From assembly GCF_033153115.1 (NCBI RefSeq), contig NW_026889757.1, forward strand, positions 2,294,001-2,358,000: DNA of 64,000 bases, given 5' to 3'. This document shows positions 62,501-64,000 of the stretch, one piece after another. Source of the stretch: Saccostrea echinata. Lineage: Eukaryota. The notes beneath the pieces were generated by a model, which made no database searches, was not told the origin of the DNA, and was given only the letters and a program-made list of their open reading frames with translations. A program made the position numbers and the translations under genes. How positions within the stretch are numbered: position 1 is the first letter of the stretch; each line of letters opens with the position of its first letter.

Positions 62501-64000
62501 GTGTACTATATTTATTGCGCACAAAAAGTGCACTGTTTCTCGATTTATTTCTCCGTTTGTAGCAAAATATTACCAACCGTGTGTTCCTAATATATTCTTT
62601 CACTAATTCCACACTAAGTATTAGTCATGTACGAAGTACGTTGGACCGAACTGTCTTGCCACCCAAAATGGCACTATAGGTAGGCGAAATATTTCAGGCC
62701 CTGGTGGGCTATTAACAACGGTTTTGGCAAATGTTTTATTGTGGAAGTAGTGAAAAAATATATTTGGAACACACGGTTTGTAATATTTTGAGATGGCAGT
62801 TTAATTATACGGAGAAATAAATTGAGAAACAACGCACTTTTTTGTGCGCAATAAATATACACTTTTTTTCAATGGGTGGCACTGTAGCTCTCTGGTCGTC
62901 AATCCCAATTTTTTTTTTCAGACCAACGAGCTACAGATCTGCAGCTAATATCCACCAAACTAGTTAAAAAAGACATTTTAGCGTTCTTCGACTCATTTAA
63001 GTTTTCAGATTTAAGCTTGATTGAATTAGTTTATCTGTATATCTGGATAGTTTTCTTCAAAGTTATCACAGATGCACATACTCCTACGCCACTACTACCA
63101 TACTCCGCTTCACTGAACATACAACGCTTTTACGTACTTTTATGTTTAGCACACTTAATTTGTATTAGTCAATGAATTAATTATCATCATCTTCTCTCTA
63201 CTAGAGAGTTTTAACACAGCAGCTTAATTAAATTATTTCTGATCATCTCATATTGAGTTGTAATATCCTGGAATACAAATGTATATGTTTAAATGGGTTG
63301 AATTAAAACTGCAGGTGTATTTTAAACAGTATAAATTCAACTGGTTAGAATAATTCTTTTATGTGGTAAATAAAGGACTTTACTGATACATACTAAATTA
63401 GATATGTATGCCAATATTGTAGGAAGTCTTGCGCCATCCAAATCTACCTCCAGGGCTGCGAGAGTTGTACTTGCCTTTTGGTCTTTGTTTCTAATCATTT
63501 TGTATGCCACCTGGGCATCAGCCTTTGCTGTATTCATCATGGAAGGAAAACGACAACTTCCGGAATCTCCCCTCCATTCATTTTCCGAGCTATCGAAACA
63601 AACTTCTGTGAAATTTGGAACAGTTAAAGCAGGATCCACTTATAGATACTTCACAAACGCCTTGGATGAGGTGGATAGCCAAATTGGACAACATTTGAAA
63701 AACAATCCAGATCAACTGGTCAAAAGTACAGAAGATGGAATTAAACGAGTTCGAAACAGCAACGGCGATTATGCGTTTATAACAGAAGAAATAGGAGCTA
63801 GGCTAATTGCAGGACAATTGCCGTGTGATCTAATGCTAATTCACCATTCTTTTATACGTAAGTCGTTTTCTTTCGGATGTGCCAAAAACACTAGCACATG
63901 CAGAAATCTAGATATCGCCATCATTAAGCTGAAGACAGATGGAGTGATTCAAGAACTAATAGATAAATGGCTGAATGAGGACGACGTCTGTGACACAGAT
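59543..64000 (+). CDS. Ionotropic glutamate receptor-like protein lacking the amino-terminal domain (3' end beyond the window)
   Basis: Exons 59543-59599 (signal peptide MKIHVLCLFLLLGLTTTSS), 59712-59744 (EKTVYKVTTIL), 61061-61249 (NKPFV..KYG..GNWTGMIGELVKG), 61933-62168 (VADIAAASITVTAERATAIDFSHPFMESGISIV..FLEPFTVGVW, M1), 62306-62397 (M2), 63423->64000 (M3, S2: KFGTVKAGST, EDGIKRVR, YAFITE, PCDL, IKLKTDGVIQELIDKW). All GT-AG and in frame. Confidence 0.9.
60133..60410. mobile_element. GC-rich hAT-like MITE in iGluR intron 2
   Basis: Ends CAGTGGCGGATTTAAGGGG / TTCCTGGATCCGCGCCTG; internal hairpin GGGGGCTTCGCCCCC; no TSD seen. Confidence 0.65.
61281..61488 (-). mobile_element. Truncated, decayed copy of the 30583-type SINE
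   Basis: GAGAATATTTCACTCAT (tail), GGACCTCGGTTTATA..TCTCATCC (Deu-like core), GGATTTGAACCC..TCCTTACTCCG (B box and variable arm). Confidence 0.7.
62419..62947. mobile_element. Long-TIR MITE related to the 6467-9364 element, in iGluR intron 5
   Basis: ~190-bp imperfect inverted arms; the right terminus reads TAGCTGCAGATCTGTAGCTC on the minus strand, and both elements contain CAGAGAGCTACAG. Confidence 0.75.

Overview
AT-rich, intron-rich animal DNA, most likely an oyster (Ostreidae). That assignment is inferred from Cg170-like ~166-bp satellite arrays in Helentron-type elements and from bivalve-type Meta/Deu SINEs. I assembled six protein-coding genes by hand from splice sites: RAB28 (minus, 6 exons) head-to-head with SRP72 (plus, 20 exons, one U12 minor-spliceosome intron); an intronless RING/B-box/coiled-coil/NHL-like TRIM ligase (minus); a divergent AhR-architecture bHLH-PAS gene (minus, 10 exons); AP5S1 (plus) nested antisense in intron 3 of that gene; and the 5' part of an ionotropic glutamate receptor-like gene (plus) that runs off the window end. 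The rest is mostly non-autonomous transposons, often nested in one another, plus decayed mariner and Penelope-like fragments. The best candidates for undescribed biology are: (1) the iGluR, which has no amino-terminal domain and a rewritten pore and gate but keeps the glutamate-binding residues; (2) the divergent AhR paralogue with an altered basic region; (3) its nested, possibly interleaved, arrangement with AP5S1. No database searches were run; family names come from motif recognition and recall.
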